A stretch of 64,000 nucleotides of DNA, taken from assembly GCA_028280715.1 (NCBI GenBank), contig JANQLG010000012.1, forward strand, positions 62,211-126,210, in the 5' to 3' direction. This DNA comes from Spongiibacteraceae bacterium (GTDB lineage Bacteria > Pseudomonadota > Gammaproteobacteria > Pseudomonadales > Dasaniaceae). Each line of letters starts with the position of its first letter. The first letter of the stretch is position 1. Position numbers and translations under genes: made by a program. Below the pieces are notes generated by a model that was given only the letters and a program-made list of their open reading frames with translations, made no database searches and was not told the DNA's origin. Below are positions 48,282 to 60,412 of this stretch, piece by piece.

Positions 48282-48968
48282 CTATTTTTTGTTTTTCAAT
48301 CTTTCCAAGATATCATCCGCGCTCTTACCACTAGGGGCAATTCCAGCTTCCTCCAGTTTAGTCTGTAAAGAGGTATCAGATGTTTCCTCAGCAAGCTCAC
48401 TGGCTGCAGACATTTGTGCTGACTTCAACGCCTGCTTTTCTTTGATACGCTCCAATGAATCCATTGCAGTACGCATTTTTGAATGTGAGCCGCTATGCCT
48501 TTCAGCCACTGCAGTCTGCGCTCGCTGTACATTTTCTGTCGCTTTTACCGTATCCACCTGCTGCTTAATACGTTTTAAATTGCGCTCTGTTTGCTTAATC
48601 GCCGTGCGAAGATTGTTGGCGCTAGACTCAAAACCGACAGTAGATTCTTTTTCCTGAGCTAATTGGTTTTCAAAATCGGCAATTTTTTCAGCCACTTCGT
48701 GCGCCAAAGCATTATCATCCTTTTCTAATGCTTTAATCGCATAGCCCTCATGCTCTTCTATCTGCTTTTTAAGATTGGCACACTTTTCTTCGGATAATTT
48801 TTGCCTCGCCATAATCTCAGCGAGACTATCTTTAGACTGCTTTAGCTCCTCAGAAGCATCACGAACTTCCTGATCCAGTATCCGCAACGCCTGACTATCA
48901 ACAATTGCTTCACCAGCCTCATTCACACCACCACGTAAAGCGGTCATCATTTTTGCCCAAATATTCAT
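48282..48968 (-). CDS. PspA/IM30 (Vipp1/YjfJ-like) family protein
   Basis: 228 aa, all helical coiled coil, with a PspA-type N-terminus (MNIWAKMMTALRGGVNEAGEAIVDSQALRILDQEVRD). Confidence 0.8.
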   Translation of the reverse strand: MNIWAKMMTALRGGVNEAGEAIVDSQALRILDQEVRDASEELKQSKDSLAEIMARQKLSEEKCANLKKQIEEHEGYAIKALEKDDNALAHEVAEKIADFENQLAQEKESTVGFESSANNLRTAIKQTERNLKRIKQQVDTVKATENVQRAQTAVAERHSGSHSKMRTAMDSLERIKEKQALKSAQMSAASELAEETSDTSLQTKLEEAGIAPSGKSADDILERLKNKK

Positions 48969-48988
48969 TGATCTGCTCCTATCATCAA

Positions 48989-49617
48989 CTAGCTGGCTTC
49001 TACGGAAAGGTTTAAGAATTCGCTATAGGCTTCCGTCGCCTGTATAACGTTACTTGCCAAAACTTCTATCTCGAAAATCACATTCGACAAAATAGATGTT
49101 GAACTCAGCGCACCAAACATGTGGTAGTAATCACCATTTTTTCCAAGACTATCGAGACTAATGGTGGAAAGAGGGAAATACTTATGAGTTCTTAAGATCG
49201 TTTCATTAAAACGATTAACATCAACCACTTCATCAACTGACCACAGTACCGCTTCAACAATAATCTGTTCACCAGATACCGTTAGGAAAACCGGCAAATC
49301 CCCATACTCCCCCATAACAACATGCAGGGCAGGCTCCACACCATCAATCAATTCAATGGTTGCTCGGCCACTAGAAAACAAATCAGACTCCTTTAGCGAC
49401 TCAAACAAGCTACTGGTCGTCCAACTATTGGTATTCTCAGTCATGCTTCTTTCTCCTTTTACTGTATTTAACTCACCAGGCATACGCAGTTGCTTTTCCA
49501 ACTCAGTCAACCTCCCAGCGTTCTCCGGAAGAATCCAAACCTCCTTCTTCACCAACCCCTGCTCACGCAAGCGGCGTCGGTATTCACGCTGATAATATGC
49601 TGATGACTTTGCTTTCA
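48989..49617 (-). CDS. YjfI-like DUF2170 protein with basic N-terminal extension
   Basis: The C-terminal ~130 aa align with E. coli YjfI (EYGDL..., HMFGALSSTSIL, EAYSEF). The MKAKSS ATG at 49617 is preferred over the ORF-track start at 49672. Confidence 0.55.
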
Positions 49618-49632
49618 TGGCCAAACTATAAT

Positions 49633-49671
49633 TTGTTACATGTGATATTGCAAATAATTTTACATGTAACA
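49633..49671. promoter_or_regulatory. Inverted repeat TTGTTACATGT-N17-ACATGTAACAA upstream of the yjfI-pspA-yqiJK operon
   Basis: 11-bp perfect arms, 16-54 nt upstream of the proposed start codon. Candidate operator. Confidence 0.35.
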
Positions 49672-50080
49672 AAAAATAAACTCCTATCTATTTGATTTTA
49701 TTAATATAAATAAAAACCAAAAACACTCACCACCCCAAAAAGATGGAAGTTTTAATCAGCAGAAAGGAGAAAATAGAGAGAAGACCGCAACATTTTCCTA
49801 TGCATTATTATGTTTATTGGTTGCTATTATCTTGAAGCATTGCAGCTTATATCATTACAAAATTATTTTTATAAAGCGACACCCAATAAATCACAGCTTT
49901 ATTACAGGAGCAATAATTAGGAATTGTAATTACTAAACAAAAAAACAGCTCAATCAAAACTGAAGCTTTGCAGTTATAGCCTAGATTAGCCTCTTAAACG
50001 GACGTTTAATAGCACGCATGAGTTCCGCCAAACATGCTTCAGCTGCCTTCAACTCCTTAGAAAACTGAAGACCATTCATT

Positions 50081-50109
50081 AAAAAAGCCACCCGATGGGT
50101 GGCTTTTTT
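50081..50109. terminator. Bidirectional rho-independent terminator
   Basis: AAAAAAGCCACCC-GAT-GGGTGGCTTTTTT. Perfect 8-bp GC-rich stem flanked by A6/T6. Confidence 0.8.
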
Positions 50110-50115
50110 AATGAA

Positions 50116-50191
50116 TGGTCGGGACGGCAGGATTTGAACCTACGACCACCACACCCCCAGTGTGGTGCGCTACCAGACTGCGCTACGCCCC
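50116..50191 (-). tRNA. tRNA-Pro (anticodon GGG)
   Basis: CGGGGCG-UA-GCGC-AGUCUGGUA-GCGC-A-CCACA-CUGGGGG-UGUGG...GGUUCAAAUCC...CGUCCCG-A-CCA. Canonical cloverleaf. Confidence 0.85.
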
Positions 50192-50309
50192 GTGAGAGGG
50201 TGGCCATTATACCGAAACGGACTTGGGTAACAAGCCAATTCTGATGGCTCAAGGCATAAAAAAACCGGGCTGTTTTGCCCGGTTTTTAAAAGGAGAAACT
50301 ATTCGCAAA

Positions 50310-50666
50310 TCAAATGGTTAGTACTTTTAGTACATCTTCCAGTTCATCGATCATTTGGCGAATCATTACTTTGAATTCGCTGTTTTCTTCACCTTCACCC
50401 TCACCTGACATACGCTGACGAGCACCGCCAATGGTGTAGCCCTGATCATACAGTAAGCTGCGAATTTGGCGAATCAGGATCACGTCTTCACGCTGGTAGT
50501 AACGGCGGTTACCACGGCGTTTAACCGGTTTCAGGTTTGGAAACTCCTGCTCCCAGTAGCGCAGTACATGTGGTTTTACTGCACATAATTCACTGACCTC
50601 ACCGATGGTGAAATAGCGCTTGCCCGGAATTACCGGTAATTCATCATTGTGGCTCGGTTCCAGCAT
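50310..50666 (-). CDS. MerR-family transcriptional regulator
   Basis: N-terminal MerR-type HTH ([25 protein letters not shown]). Overlaps the ihfA 3' end. Confidence 0.55.
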   Translation of the reverse strand: MLEPSHNDELPVIPGKRYFTIGEVSELCAVKPHVLRYWEQEFPNLKPVKRRGNRRYYQREDVILIRQIRSLLYDQGYTIGGARQRMSGEGEGEENSEFKVMIRQMIDELEDVLKVLTI

Positions 50667-50949
50667 AGGCCTCTACTCGTGCTTTCAACTTCTGCCCAGG
50701 TCTGAAGGTCACTACACGGCGTGCAGAGATGGGTATTTCTTCACCCGTTTTCGGGTTACGTCCCGGACGCTGACTTTTGTCTCTCAGATCAAAATTGCCG
50801 AACCCGGATAATTTGACCTGTTCGTTATCTTCCAAGGAGTGGCGAATCTCTTCAAAAAAGTGTTCAACCACTTCTTTGGCTTCGCGTTTATTCAGGCCAA
50901 GCTCTTCATATAGCTTTTCGGCCATTTCCGACTTGGTAAGCGCTGTCAT
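50644..50949 (-). CDS. ihfA: Integration host factor subunit alpha
   Basis: 101 aa, strong match to the IHF-alpha consensus ([41 protein letters not shown]). Confidence 0.9.
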   Translation of the reverse strand: MTALTKSEMAEKLYEELGLNKREAKEVVEHFFEEIRHSLEDNEQVKLSGFGNFDLRDKSQRPGRNPKTGEEIPISARRVVTFRPGQKLKARVEAYAGTEPQ

Positions 50950-50996
50950 CCACTCGGTTCCTTAACTCGTTAACCAAAGTGACTCATTCAAGAGTC

Positions 50997-53387
50997 CTAG
51001 TTTCTGAGCATGGCACCGAATCTGTTTTCCAGTTCTTTAACCACACTCTCAACGGAGGCATTAACCTCATTTTCATTAAGAGTGCGCGAAGAATGCTGAT
51101 ACGTCAAGCCGATGGCCAGACTTTTTTCTTTAAGATCAATACCTTTACCCTCATAGATGTCAAACAGCCTGAGGTTTTTCAGGTCATCACCAGCGGCTTC
51201 TCGCACGGTTTCGAGGACAGTTTTTGCCTCGATTTCACGATTTATCAGAATAGCTAAATCACGGCGAACTTCCGGGAATTTGGACAGTTCTGTGAACTTC
51301 GGCAGGTCAGAATCGGTAATAGCCGACAGTTTTACCTCAAAAAGGTAAATTGTTTGGTTGAATCCGAGCTCTTTTTGCAGCTGCGGGTGAATCGCGCCGA
51401 TATAGCCTACTAATTTACTATCCCTCATCAGCTGGGCGGTCTGACCGGGGTGCAAAGCCGGGTGCTTACCCTTCTCAAAGGTGAAATCGGTACTATTACC
51501 ACCCAAACCTAAAATGGACTCCAAATCCCCCTTTAGGTCATAGAAATCGACCATTTCACCGTTTTCCGACCAGGATTCAGGCTCTCGGCGGCCAGTAATG
51601 GCCGCTGCCAGCATCACATCCTGTACAGGTAGGCCATTACCATCGGGAATAAAACGCTGACCTGACTCGAACAGACGCAAGCGGTATTGCTGGCGGTTAA
51701 GATTATGCTGCAAGGTTTGTAACAGGCCCGGCCACAGGCTGGTTCTCATCACCGACATATCCGCCGATATGGGGTTCTTTAATGGAACACTGGCGCCCCC
51801 AGGACATACCAGTTGCTGCAATTTAGGTTCAACGAAGCTGTAAGTGATCGCCTCCTGATAGCCTCTGGCAACCAATTGGCGCCTAATAGCTGTCACCGGT
51901 AGTTCGGTATCAGATTTAGGCTTGAGGTGCATATCAGCATGGATCGGGGTCACTGGCATGTTGTTATAGCCGTACACCCGGGCCAATTCTTCTAATAAGT
52001 CCGCTTCAATCTCAATATCGAAACGCCAGGAGGGTGAATCAGCACGCCAACCGGCATCGGTTTCAGTCACGTTCATACCCAAGCGTTGAAGAATCTCAGT
52101 GACTTCTGCACGTGGGATTTCCAGGCCCAGCAAACGCTCGATGCGCGCTGCACGTAACTCAACCGCAACTGCCTTCGGCATTTGCTTTTCCTTACGCACT
52201 TCAATCAAAGGGCCAGCCTGGCCGCCGACAATCTCAAGAATCAATTGCGTTGCTCGCTCAGCAGCAATAGCCTGCAGCTCGTAATCAACACCACGCTCAA
52301 AGCGCAGTGACGAGTCAGTATGCAAACCGTAAGAACGAGCACGGCCGGAAATGTTTACCGGTGCGAAAAATGCCGACTCTAAAAAGATATGCTTGGTATT
52401 GTCGTTAACCGCCGTGGCTTCACCACCCATAATCCCCGCAAGCGCTACCGCTTTGTCGTGATCAGCAATCACCAGCGCACCTTCATTCAGCTCTATTTCC
52501 TGGCCATCAAGCAAGGTGATTTTTTCTTTGTCAGCCGCCTGTCGAACAACGATACCACCGGACAATAAATTCAAATCAAAGGCATGCAGTGGCTGACCTA
52601 ATTCCAGCAATACGTAGTTGGTAATATCAACAATCGCATCAATTGAGCGAATACCACTGCGGCGCAGTTTTTCCACCATCCAAAGCGGTGTTGGAATCGA
52701 CACATCAACGTCACGAATAACACGGCCAACATAACGCGGACAATCTTCTGCCGCCTGAATGTCAACAGGCAACGTTTCATCTATCGTAGGTGCTACAGCA
52801 TCAACCGCAACTTCGGTCACCACCTCTTTATTTAATACGCCGACATCACGGGCAATACCTCGAATCGAAAAACAATCGGCGCGATTTGGGGTTAAATCAA
52901 CTTCAATGATGCTGTCATCAAGACCAAGATAGTCACGAATATCGGTGCCAACAGGTGCATCATCGGCCAGCTCCATCAGGCCATCACTGCTTTGTGCCAT
53001 ACCCAGCTCTTGCTCAGCACACAACATGCCAAAGGATTCTACGCCGCGCAGCTTGGCTTTTTTAATTTTCAGCGTATCGCCGTTTGGCATTGGCAGTGCA
53101 GCACCCACCGTAGCAAAGGGTACTTTTAAACCTTCGGTAGCGTTGGGGGCACCACAAACCACCTGTACAGATTCACTACCGTTATTGACTTGGCAAATGC
53201 GCAGCTTGTCAGCATCCGGATGCTGTTCAACAGAGAGAATTTCACCGACGATAACACCACTAAAGGCACTGGCTACAGATTCCATACCATCGACTTCAAG
53301 ACCGGCCATCGTCAATTGTTCAACGAGGTCCGCTGTCGGCAGGTTTGGGTTAACCCATTCACGTAGCCATTGTTCGCTTATTTTCAT
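50997..53387 (-). CDS. pheT: Phenylalanine--tRNA ligase beta subunit
   Basis: 796 aa with tRNA-binding, B3/B4, B5 and FDX-ACB domains. Conserved position after pheS. Confidence 0.95.
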   Translation of the reverse strand: MKISEQWLREWVNPNLPTADLVEQLTMAGLEVDGMESVASAFSGVIVGEILSVEQHPDADKLRICQVNNGSESVQVVCGAPNATEGLKVPFATVGAALPMPNGDTLKIKKAKLRGVESFGMLCAEQELGMAQSSDGLMELADDAPVGTDIRDYLGLDDSIIEVDLTPNRADCFSIRGIARDVGVLNKEVVTEVAVDAVAPTIDETLPVDIQAAEDCPRYVGRVIRDVDVSIPTPLWMVEKLRRSGIRSIDAIVDITNYVLLELGQPLHAFDLNLLSGGIVVRQAADKEKITLLDGQEIELNEGALVIADHDKAVALAGIMGGEATAVNDNTKHIFLESAFFAPVNISGRARSYGLHTDSSLRFERGVDYELQAIAAERATQLILEIVGGQAGPLIEVRKEKQMPKAVAVELRAARIERLLGLEIPRAEVTEILQRLGMNVTETDAGWRADSPSWRFDIEIEADLLEELARVYGYNNMPVTPIHADMHLKPKSDTELPVTAIRRQLVARGYQEAITYSFVEPKLQQLVCPGGASVPLKNPISADMSVMRTSLWPGLLQTLQHNLNRQQYRLRLFESGQRFIPDGNGLPVQDVMLAAAITGRREPESWSENGEMVDFYDLKGDLESILGLGGNSTDFTFEKGKHPALHPGQTAQLMRDSKLVGYIGAIHPQLQKELGFNQTIYLFEVKLSAITDSDLPKFTELSKFPEVRRDLAILINREIEAKTVLETVREAAGDDLKNLRLFDIYEGKGIDLKEKSLAIGLTYQHSSRTLNENEVNASVESVVKELENRFGAMLRN

Positions 53388-53476
53388 TTTCTATCCCAAA
53401 ACTCTTTATGAAGGCTGTAGGGTGGAACTCGCTCCACCTTTCTGGAGGATTAAAATCCACCCTACTGGCTTAAGCT

Positions 53477-54481
<1,005 letters not shown>

Positions 54482-54545
54482 TTATGTACGTTGTCTCTAT
54501 TTATGTTTGTTTCGATTCAGGTGAACCGTAAAAAAACCATTGTCT

Positions 54546-54587
54546 AAAACGACAAATAGGGAAAGAGCGGCAGCCCTTTCCCTATTT
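54546..54587 (-). terminator. Hairpin plus U-tract between rplT and pheS (operon terminator/attenuator)
   Basis: AAATAGGGAAAG-N10-CTTTCCCTATTT perfect 12-bp stem, followed by GTCGTTTT on the minus strand. Confidence 0.55.
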
Positions 54588-54638
54588 AAGTGTTTTGTAA
54601 AATCAGAATCTAATCTCTTAGATCCCAAAATTCAAACA

Positions 54639-54995
54639 TTAAGCCAAGGCTGCTTTAGCTTTCTCAACTACAACAGCAAAAGCAGCTTTATCGTGTACAG
54701 CCAGATCAGCCAGTACGCGACGATCCAAACCGATCTCTGCTTTTTTCAGGCCAGCAATCAAACGGCTGTAGGACAAACCGTTAGCACGGGACTGCGCATT
54801 AATACGAGTGATCCACAGTGCACGGAACTGACGCTTACGCTGACGACGGTCACGGTAGGCGTATTGGCCGGCTTTGATAACCGCTTGTTTGGCAACACGG
54901 AAGATACGCGAGCGCGCTCCGTAGTAACCTTTGGCTTGCTTTAAAATCTTTTTGTGACGACGGTGTGCTGTCACACCACGTTTTACGCGAGGCAT
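54639..54995 (-). CDS. rplT: 50S ribosomal protein L20
   Basis: [30 protein letters not shown]... canonical L20. Confidence 0.95.
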   Translation of the reverse strand: MPRVKRGVTAHRRHKKILKQAKGYYGARSRIFRVAKQAVIKAGQYAYRDRRQRKRQFRALWITRINAQSRANGLSYSRLIAGLKKAEIGLDRRVLADLAVHDKAAFAVVVEKAKAALA

Positions 54996-55041
54996 AGTAG
55001 TCTTCTCCTATCTAGGACTCTTGAACAATGAGTGACAGCGC

Positions 55042-55236
55042 TTACTTAGCGCGTAACATACGATCGACCAGTACTTTGTCTGAAGCGTGAACTTCTGAAG
55101 TACCGCGCAGCTGACGCTTACGCTTGGTAGTCATTTTGGTCAAGATGTGACTCTTGTGAGCGCTTTTACGTTTGTAACCGGAACCGGTTTTTTTGAAACG
55201 TTTAGCTGCCCCGCTATGTACTTTAGCTTTTGGCAT
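55042..55236 (-). CDS. rpmI: 50S ribosomal protein L35
   Basis: [30 protein letters not shown]... canonical L35. Confidence 0.95.
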   Translation of the reverse strand: MPKAKVHSGAAKRFKKTGSGYKRKSAHKSHILTKMTTKRKRQLRGTSEVHASDKVLVDRMLRAK

Positions 55237-55342
55237 CGTTAGATACTCCGCATTTGAGGCTTATTACAGCCTAATCATTAATAAAACAAAAAAGTGTGCG
55301 GCCCTTTTTACCTATATAGATAAAAAATATGAGCTCACGCAG

Positions 55343-55870
55343 TTACTTTTTCTTACTTTTTGGGGCAATCACCATCGTCAATTGACGACCTTCCATTTTC
55401 GGAAACTGTTCTACAGTACCCAGCTCTTCGAGATCTTTCTCGACGCGCTTGAGCAACTCCATCCCAATTTCCTGGTGGGCCATCTCACGACCGCGGTAAC
55501 GCAAGGTCACCTTGGCTTTATCCCCATGTTCAAGGAAACGTATCAGGTTGCGTAGTTTTACCTGATAATCCCCTTCTTCCGTCCCAGGACGAAACTTCAT
55601 TTCCTTAACCTGTGTACGAACCTGCTTTTTACGCTGAGCAGCTTGCTGCTTCTTGGCCTCGAACACATGTTTGCCGTAGTCCATAATTTTACAGACTATC
55701 GGATCGGAATCCGTTATTTGCACTAAATCCAGAGCCGCTTCAGCTGCTGCTGCACGCGCTTCTTCGATAGGTACTATGCCGACCTGTTCCCCATCGGCTC
55801 CAATTAGGCGAACTTCACTGGCCTGTATGTCGTCGTTTATATTCGCCCGCTTACTATTACCTTTCTTAAT
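55343..55870 (-). CDS. infC: Translation initiation factor IF-3 (non-canonical ATT start)
   Basis: The frame extends upstream of the ORF-track ATG. ATT AAG AAA GGT... ([33 protein letters not shown]...) is preceded by GGAGAGA. An AUU start is the established autoregulatory feature of infC. Confidence 0.85.
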   Translation of the reverse strand: MKKGNSKRANINDDIQASEVRLIGADGEQVGIVPIEEARAAAAEAALDLVQITDSDPIVCKIMDYGKHVFEAKKQQAAQRKKQVRTQVKEMKFRPGTEEGDYQVKLRNLIRFLEHGDKAKVTLRYRGREMAHQEIGMELLKRVEKDLEELGTVEQFPKMEGRQLTMVIAPKSKKK

Positions 55871-55921
55871 CGTTATCTCTCCGTTGGTTACTCTCTATAT
55901 ACAACTACTCTTACTCTGGAA

Positions 55922-57865
55922 TCATTCAGTTGGTTCAGTTTCAGAAACAACACGGCCGCGTCGGGCTACGTCTTCAGCGAGGCGCTGCTCAAAGGCTTCC
56001 AGAGACATGGAGCCGAGGTCCTCACCGCTACGCGCACGCACGGCCACGGTTTGATTTTCCACTTCCTTACCGCCAACTACCAATAGATAAGGAACTTTCT
56101 GAATTGTGTGCTCGCGGATTTTAAAGCCGATTTTCTCGTTTCTCAAGTCTGCTTCGACCCTAATACCCTTATTTTTCAAGGATTCTTCCACTTTTCGGAC
56201 ATAATCGGCGTGTTTATCGGTAATATTGGCGATTACAACCTGAGTTGGCGCCAGCCAAGCTGGGAAGGCGCCAGCATAATGTTCGGTCAAAATACCGATA
56301 AAACGCTCCAGCGAACCCAATATCGCCCGGTGAATCATCACTGGTGTCTGACGGTCGCCATGCTCATCAATGTACTGGGCACCCAAACGCCCAGGCATAG
56401 AGAAATCCAACTGAATAGTGCCGCATTGCCATGCACGCTGTAGACAATCATACAAAGTGAACTCGATCTTAGGGCCATAAAAAGCGCCCTCACCTTCTTG
56501 AATCTCATACTCAAGATCATTGGCCTTCAGGGCGTCGGCTAACCCTTGCTCCGCCTTATCCCAGATTTCATCAGAGCCTATACGCTGCTCTGGCCGGGTC
56601 GATAACTTAACGTCAATGGAGTCTTCAAAGCCAAAGTCACGATACACGTCGTAAACCATGCGAATACAACTGGTCAGCTCCTCCAGTATCTGGCTTTCTG
56701 TACAAAAAACATGAGCGTCATCCTGGGTGAAAGAGCGAACACGCATTAGGCCATGCAGGGAACCCGATGGCTCATTACGGTGGACAATACCAAACTCAGC
56801 CATGCGATATGGCAAATCACGATAGCTCTTCAAGCCCTGGTTATAAATCTGTAGATGGCCGGGGCAGTTCATCGGTTTTACCGCATAAGTACGTTTCTCG
56901 GATTCAGTGGCAAAAATATTGTCGTGGTATTTATCCCAGTGACCGGACTTCTCCCACATCGACACATCCATAATCATCGGCGCGCGTACTTCTTCGTAGT
57001 CATACTCAGTCAACTTGGCACGCATATAATTTTCTAGTGACGTGTAGATACTCCAGCCCTTGGCGTGCCAAAACACCATGCCAGGTGCTTCTTCCTGCCA
57101 GTGAAATAAATCCAGCGTTTTGCCCAACTTTCTGTGGTCACGCTTTGCCGCTTCTTCAATTCGGGTAATATGAGCCTTCAAATCCTTCTTGTTCGCCCAA
57201 GCAGTACCATAAATACGCTGCAGCTGGGTATTGGCAGAGTCGCCACGCCAATAGGCACCCGAAACTCTCATCAACTTGAAGTAATGACAAAAACGCATAT
57301 TGGGTACATGCGGGCCGCGGCACATATCAATATACTCTTCGTGATGATAAAGACCAGGCTGGTCATCGCGAGCAATATCCCGTTCTAAAATTTCCATTTT
57401 GTAGGTTTCGCCGCGCGCAGCAAAAGTATCATAAGCCTCCTGCCAACTGACCTTTTTCTTAACTACATCGTAATCAGTCTTCGCTAACTCCAACATGCGT
57501 TTCTCTAATGCAGCCATGTCTTCATCGGTCAGGGTTTTGTCGATATCAACATCGTAGTAAAAACCATTGTCGATGGTTGGGCCAATGGCCATTTTGGCAT
57601 CGGGCCATAATTGTTTAATAGCATGACCTAACAAGTGCGCGCAGGAGTGGCGGATAATCTCCAGGCCATCTTCATCCTTCGCCGTAAAAATCACCAAGTC
57701 GGCATCTTCTTCAATCATGTCGACGGCATCGACTCGCACACCGTTAACCCGACCACCCAATGTGGCCTTAGCCAGACCAGGGCCTATGTCATTGGCAACA
57801 TCGAGGACAGAAACGGGATTATCAAAGGAGCGCTGACTTCCGTCAGGGAGAGTAACAACAGGCAT
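55922..57865 (-). CDS. thrS: Threonine--tRNA ligase
   Basis: 647 aa with TGS, second-additional and class II catalytic plus anticodon-binding domains. Begins [14 protein letters not shown]. Confidence 0.95.
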   Translation of the reverse strand: MPVVTLPDGSQRSFDNPVSVLDVANDIGPGLAKATLGGRVNGVRVDAVDMIEEDADLVIFTAKDEDGLEIIRHSCAHLLGHAIKQLWPDAKMAIGPTIDNGFYYDVDIDKTLTDEDMAALEKRMLELAKTDYDVVKKKVSWQEAYDTFAARGETYKMEILERDIARDDQPGLYHHEEYIDMCRGPHVPNMRFCHYFKLMRVSGAYWRGDSANTQLQRIYGTAWANKKDLKAHITRIEEAAKRDHRKLGKTLDLFHWQEEAPGMVFWHAKGWSIYTSLENYMRAKLTEYDYEEVRAPMIMDVSMWEKSGHWDKYHDNIFATESEKRTYAVKPMNCPGHLQIYNQGLKSYRDLPYRMAEFGIVHRNEPSGSLHGLMRVRSFTQDDAHVFCTESQILEELTSCIRMVYDVYRDFGFEDSIDVKLSTRPEQRIGSDEIWDKAEQGLADALKANDLEYEIQEGEGAFYGPKIEFTLYDCLQRAWQCGTIQLDFSMPGRLGAQYIDEHGDRQTPVMIHRAILGSLERFIGILTEHYAGAFPAWLAPTQVVIANITDKHADYVRKVEESLKNKGIRVEADLRNEKIGFKIREHTIQKVPYLLVVGGKEVENQTVAVRARSGEDLGSMSLEAFEQRLAEDVARRGRVVSETEPTE

Positions 57866-58045
57866 TGCTTTTTCCTATATCAGTGGTGAACCCTACCAAA
57901 GCCCACGTGAAAATAACTACAAAAACTAAAAATCAATAAGCGGTAAGTTTTAAGGGCGACCACTCTACCACAGCCCAGATTCATGTAAAGCCAGAATCAT
58001 GTAAAGCCAAATTCATTTAAAAAAGGCACATACAAAATTGTAGTT

Positions 58046-59113
58046 TTATGACGCCGACAAAATCCGCTTAACTGCTGCAATAAACTGCTGCATTTCTTCA
58101 TCGGAGCCAATACTCACTCGCAGATATTCATCGATACGCGCCTTGCTGAAATAGCGCACAATGATATTTTCTTCGCGCAGAGCTTTGAACATTGCCTCAG
58201 CCGACATCTGCGGAGGTTTAGCCATTACAAAATTGGTTTTGGACGGAATCACTTCAAAACCCAACACCTCTAATTGCGCAGTGGTCCACTCACGCGTTGC
58301 AATGATCTTATTACAGCAATCATTAAAATATTCCCTATCCTCAATCGCCACCGTCGCCGCCAGTTCAGCAACACGATCCAATGAATAGGGGTTAAAGGAA
58401 TTTTTGACTCGCTCCATACCTTCAATTAATTCTGCACTGCCGACAGCAAAACCGACACGCGCTCCGGCCAAAGAACGGGATTTGGATAAGGTTTGAATCA
58501 CTAACACATTGGGATAACGATCAATCAAGGCTGTCGCCGACTCACTGCCAAAATCCACATAGGCTTCATCGACAATCACCACGGTTTCGGTATTGCTCTT
58601 CAGTAACTCTTCGATGACTGACAGCTCCATGCCGATGCCCGTCGGTGCATTGGGGTTAGGAAAAATAATTCCGCCGTTGGGCTGCAGGTAATCATCCAGA
58701 TTGATGGAGAAATCGTCAGCAAGTGGCAACTCGACATAGTCAATATCAAACAAACCGCAATAGACGGTATAAAAGCCATAGGTGATATCGGGAAACAGCA
58801 GCGGTTTGTCTTGTTTAAAAAACGCCTGAAAAGCAAAAGCCAGCACTTCATCGGAGCCATTACCGACAATCACCTGTTGCTCACTGATATCGTAGTGCTT
58901 GGCAATGGCCTGCTTGAGTTGCGCGTTAGCCGGATCAGGGTACAGTCTCAGGTTATCGATGGCATCCTTCGACAATGCCTCTAACACCTTGGGTGAAGGC
59001 GGATAAGGATTCTCATTGGTGTTAAGCTTGATCAGATCAAGCTGTTTAGGTTGCTCGCCGGGTACGTAGGGATCTAACTGATCGACTAAACCGCTCCAGT
59101 ATTTTGAGGGCAT
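58046..59113 (-). CDS. hisC: Histidinol-phosphate aminotransferase-like class I/II PLP aminotransferase
   Basis: NPNAPTG and [18 protein letters not shown] align with HisC motifs (SPNNPTG; TLSKAFALAGLRCGF). Start taken at MPSKYWSG. Confidence 0.6.
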   Translation of the reverse strand: MPSKYWSGLVDQLDPYVPGEQPKQLDLIKLNTNENPYPPSPKVLEALSKDAIDNLRLYPDPANAQLKQAIAKHYDISEQQVIVGNGSDEVLAFAFQAFFKQDKPLLFPDITYGFYTVYCGLFDIDYVELPLADDFSINLDDYLQPNGGIIFPNPNAPTGIGMELSVIEELLKSNTETVVIVDEAYVDFGSESATALIDRYPNVLVIQTLSKSRSLAGARVGFAVGSAELIEGMERVKNSFNPYSLDRVAELAATVAIEDREYFNDCCNKIIATREWTTAQLEVLGFEVIPSKTNFVMAKPPQMSAEAMFKALREENIIVRYFSKARIDEYLRVSIGSDEEMQQFIAAVKRILSAS

Positions 59114-59266
59114 GGGTTTAAGGGTTCCACAATCTACTAAATGCCGGAAAGTATACACCAAGAAATGTAGCGACAATATTTACGACAAAATTTAAAACAA
59201 CATTCGAGCCATTATCCTTGCCGCTACCAAACCCAATCCCTCAACCTCAAGAATAGATTAAAGGGA

Positions 59267-60412
59267 CTATTTCATTACGTAAGTATTGATGGTTTCTTTA
59301 GCAAAGGACTTTCCCGTACTTGAGTCATACTTACCCTCTTCCATGACTTGCTGAGCATATTGAAATAAGGGCATAAAAATCGGTTGGCCGTTGACTTTCT
59401 CATGTAACCTTAAGGAGTCATGGCTTTCAAAAACCTGCAGCCATTCCTCTCGTACATCTGCCCAGAATTGTCCAGCTAAGGACATATATTGATCCCCTGC
59501 AGAGAAATCAAAGTCAGTAATTCTCTGATAACGAGCCAGACCTTCCTCCTTTGATAAATAAGGCTCTTCTACAGCAGGCTCACCAGTTTCATCAACCACC
59601 AATTTCCAATTCTCTTCCTCCTGCACCCAACCGTTACGGGTTATGGTATGGCGGTTAAAACCTTCGAGTACTTGATAATCGCTTCTTATACTGTGTTCTC
59701 TACGTGGCAATGGACGCCGAGTCGTATCGCTAATCCAACTGGAAAAACTGGTATTGTGTTGCCAGCGACCTATCGATTCATAACGTGGCGAATCATCAAC
59801 TTGAAACACCGCCTGGCTCCATTTGCCGGAACGCTCTTTACGGGAAACCCGCTGTTTGGACCACTGATTCCTGTGATCAAAAACCAGCAATTCATCATCC
59901 TCATAGGTCCAATCCTGACGCCAGTGCTTCATCACCATCGGTGCTGAGACCGATCCGTCTTCCTGCTCAAAATACATCACCATCAGATGCTGTAAGCTGA
60001 TGAAATCCTCACGTTCTTCTAGCACATAAACATATTCGGTACCCCAGGATTGATAAGGGCGATCACGTTTAAATTGCTTGCTAAAGCCAACGGTTTCCAA
60101 AAAATCAAAGCTGACTTTATAGGGCCCCGCCATCGCCAGAATTGCCCTGCGGTCCTTTTCAAAACTGGACAGGCCTTGTTGCTGAATTGCCAACCAACCA
60201 GAATGCGGTTCAGTATCTAAAGTGACTGACGCACCCCGACTACTACCACCGCGGGGAGCATTATTACATTCACTACCGATAGCCCAGCTAAACACGTAAC
60301 GTTGATGGTCGCTACTACAGTTTTTTTCCTGCTCCGCTGAATAGGCCAATACACTGTTAGTAAAAGCGAAGACCAAAACTGCTATAACCCATTTCGTTAG
60401 TTGAAAAGTCAT
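59267..60412 (-). CDS. Secreted hypothetical protein (381 aa)
   Basis: Signal peptide (VIAVLVFAFTNSVLAYSA). No family recognised. Confidence 0.45.
   Translation of the reverse strand: MTFQLTKWVIAVLVFAFTNSVLAYSAEQEKNCSSDHQRYVFSWAIGSECNNAPRGGSSRGASVTLDTEPHSGWLAIQQQGLSSFEKDRRAILAMAGPYKVSFDFLETVGFSKQFKRDRPYQSWGTEYVYVLEEREDFISLQHLMVMYFEQEDGSVSAPMVMKHWRQDWTYEDDELLVFDHRNQWSKQRVSRKERSGKWSQAVFQVDDSPRYESIGRWQHNTSFSSWISDTTRRPLPRREHSIRSDYQVLEGFNRHTITRNGWVQEEENWKLVVDETGEPAVEEPYLSKEEGLARYQRITDFDFSAGDQYMSLAGQFWADVREEWLQVFESHDSLRLHEKVNGQPIFMPLFQYAQQVMEEGKYDSSTGKSFAKETINTYVMK

Noticed and set aside
57976-58022. CRISPR-like array
   Set aside because: Only three imperfect tandem 16-bp units with no spacers of regular length. 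No cas genes. No other repeat/spacer structure found in the window.
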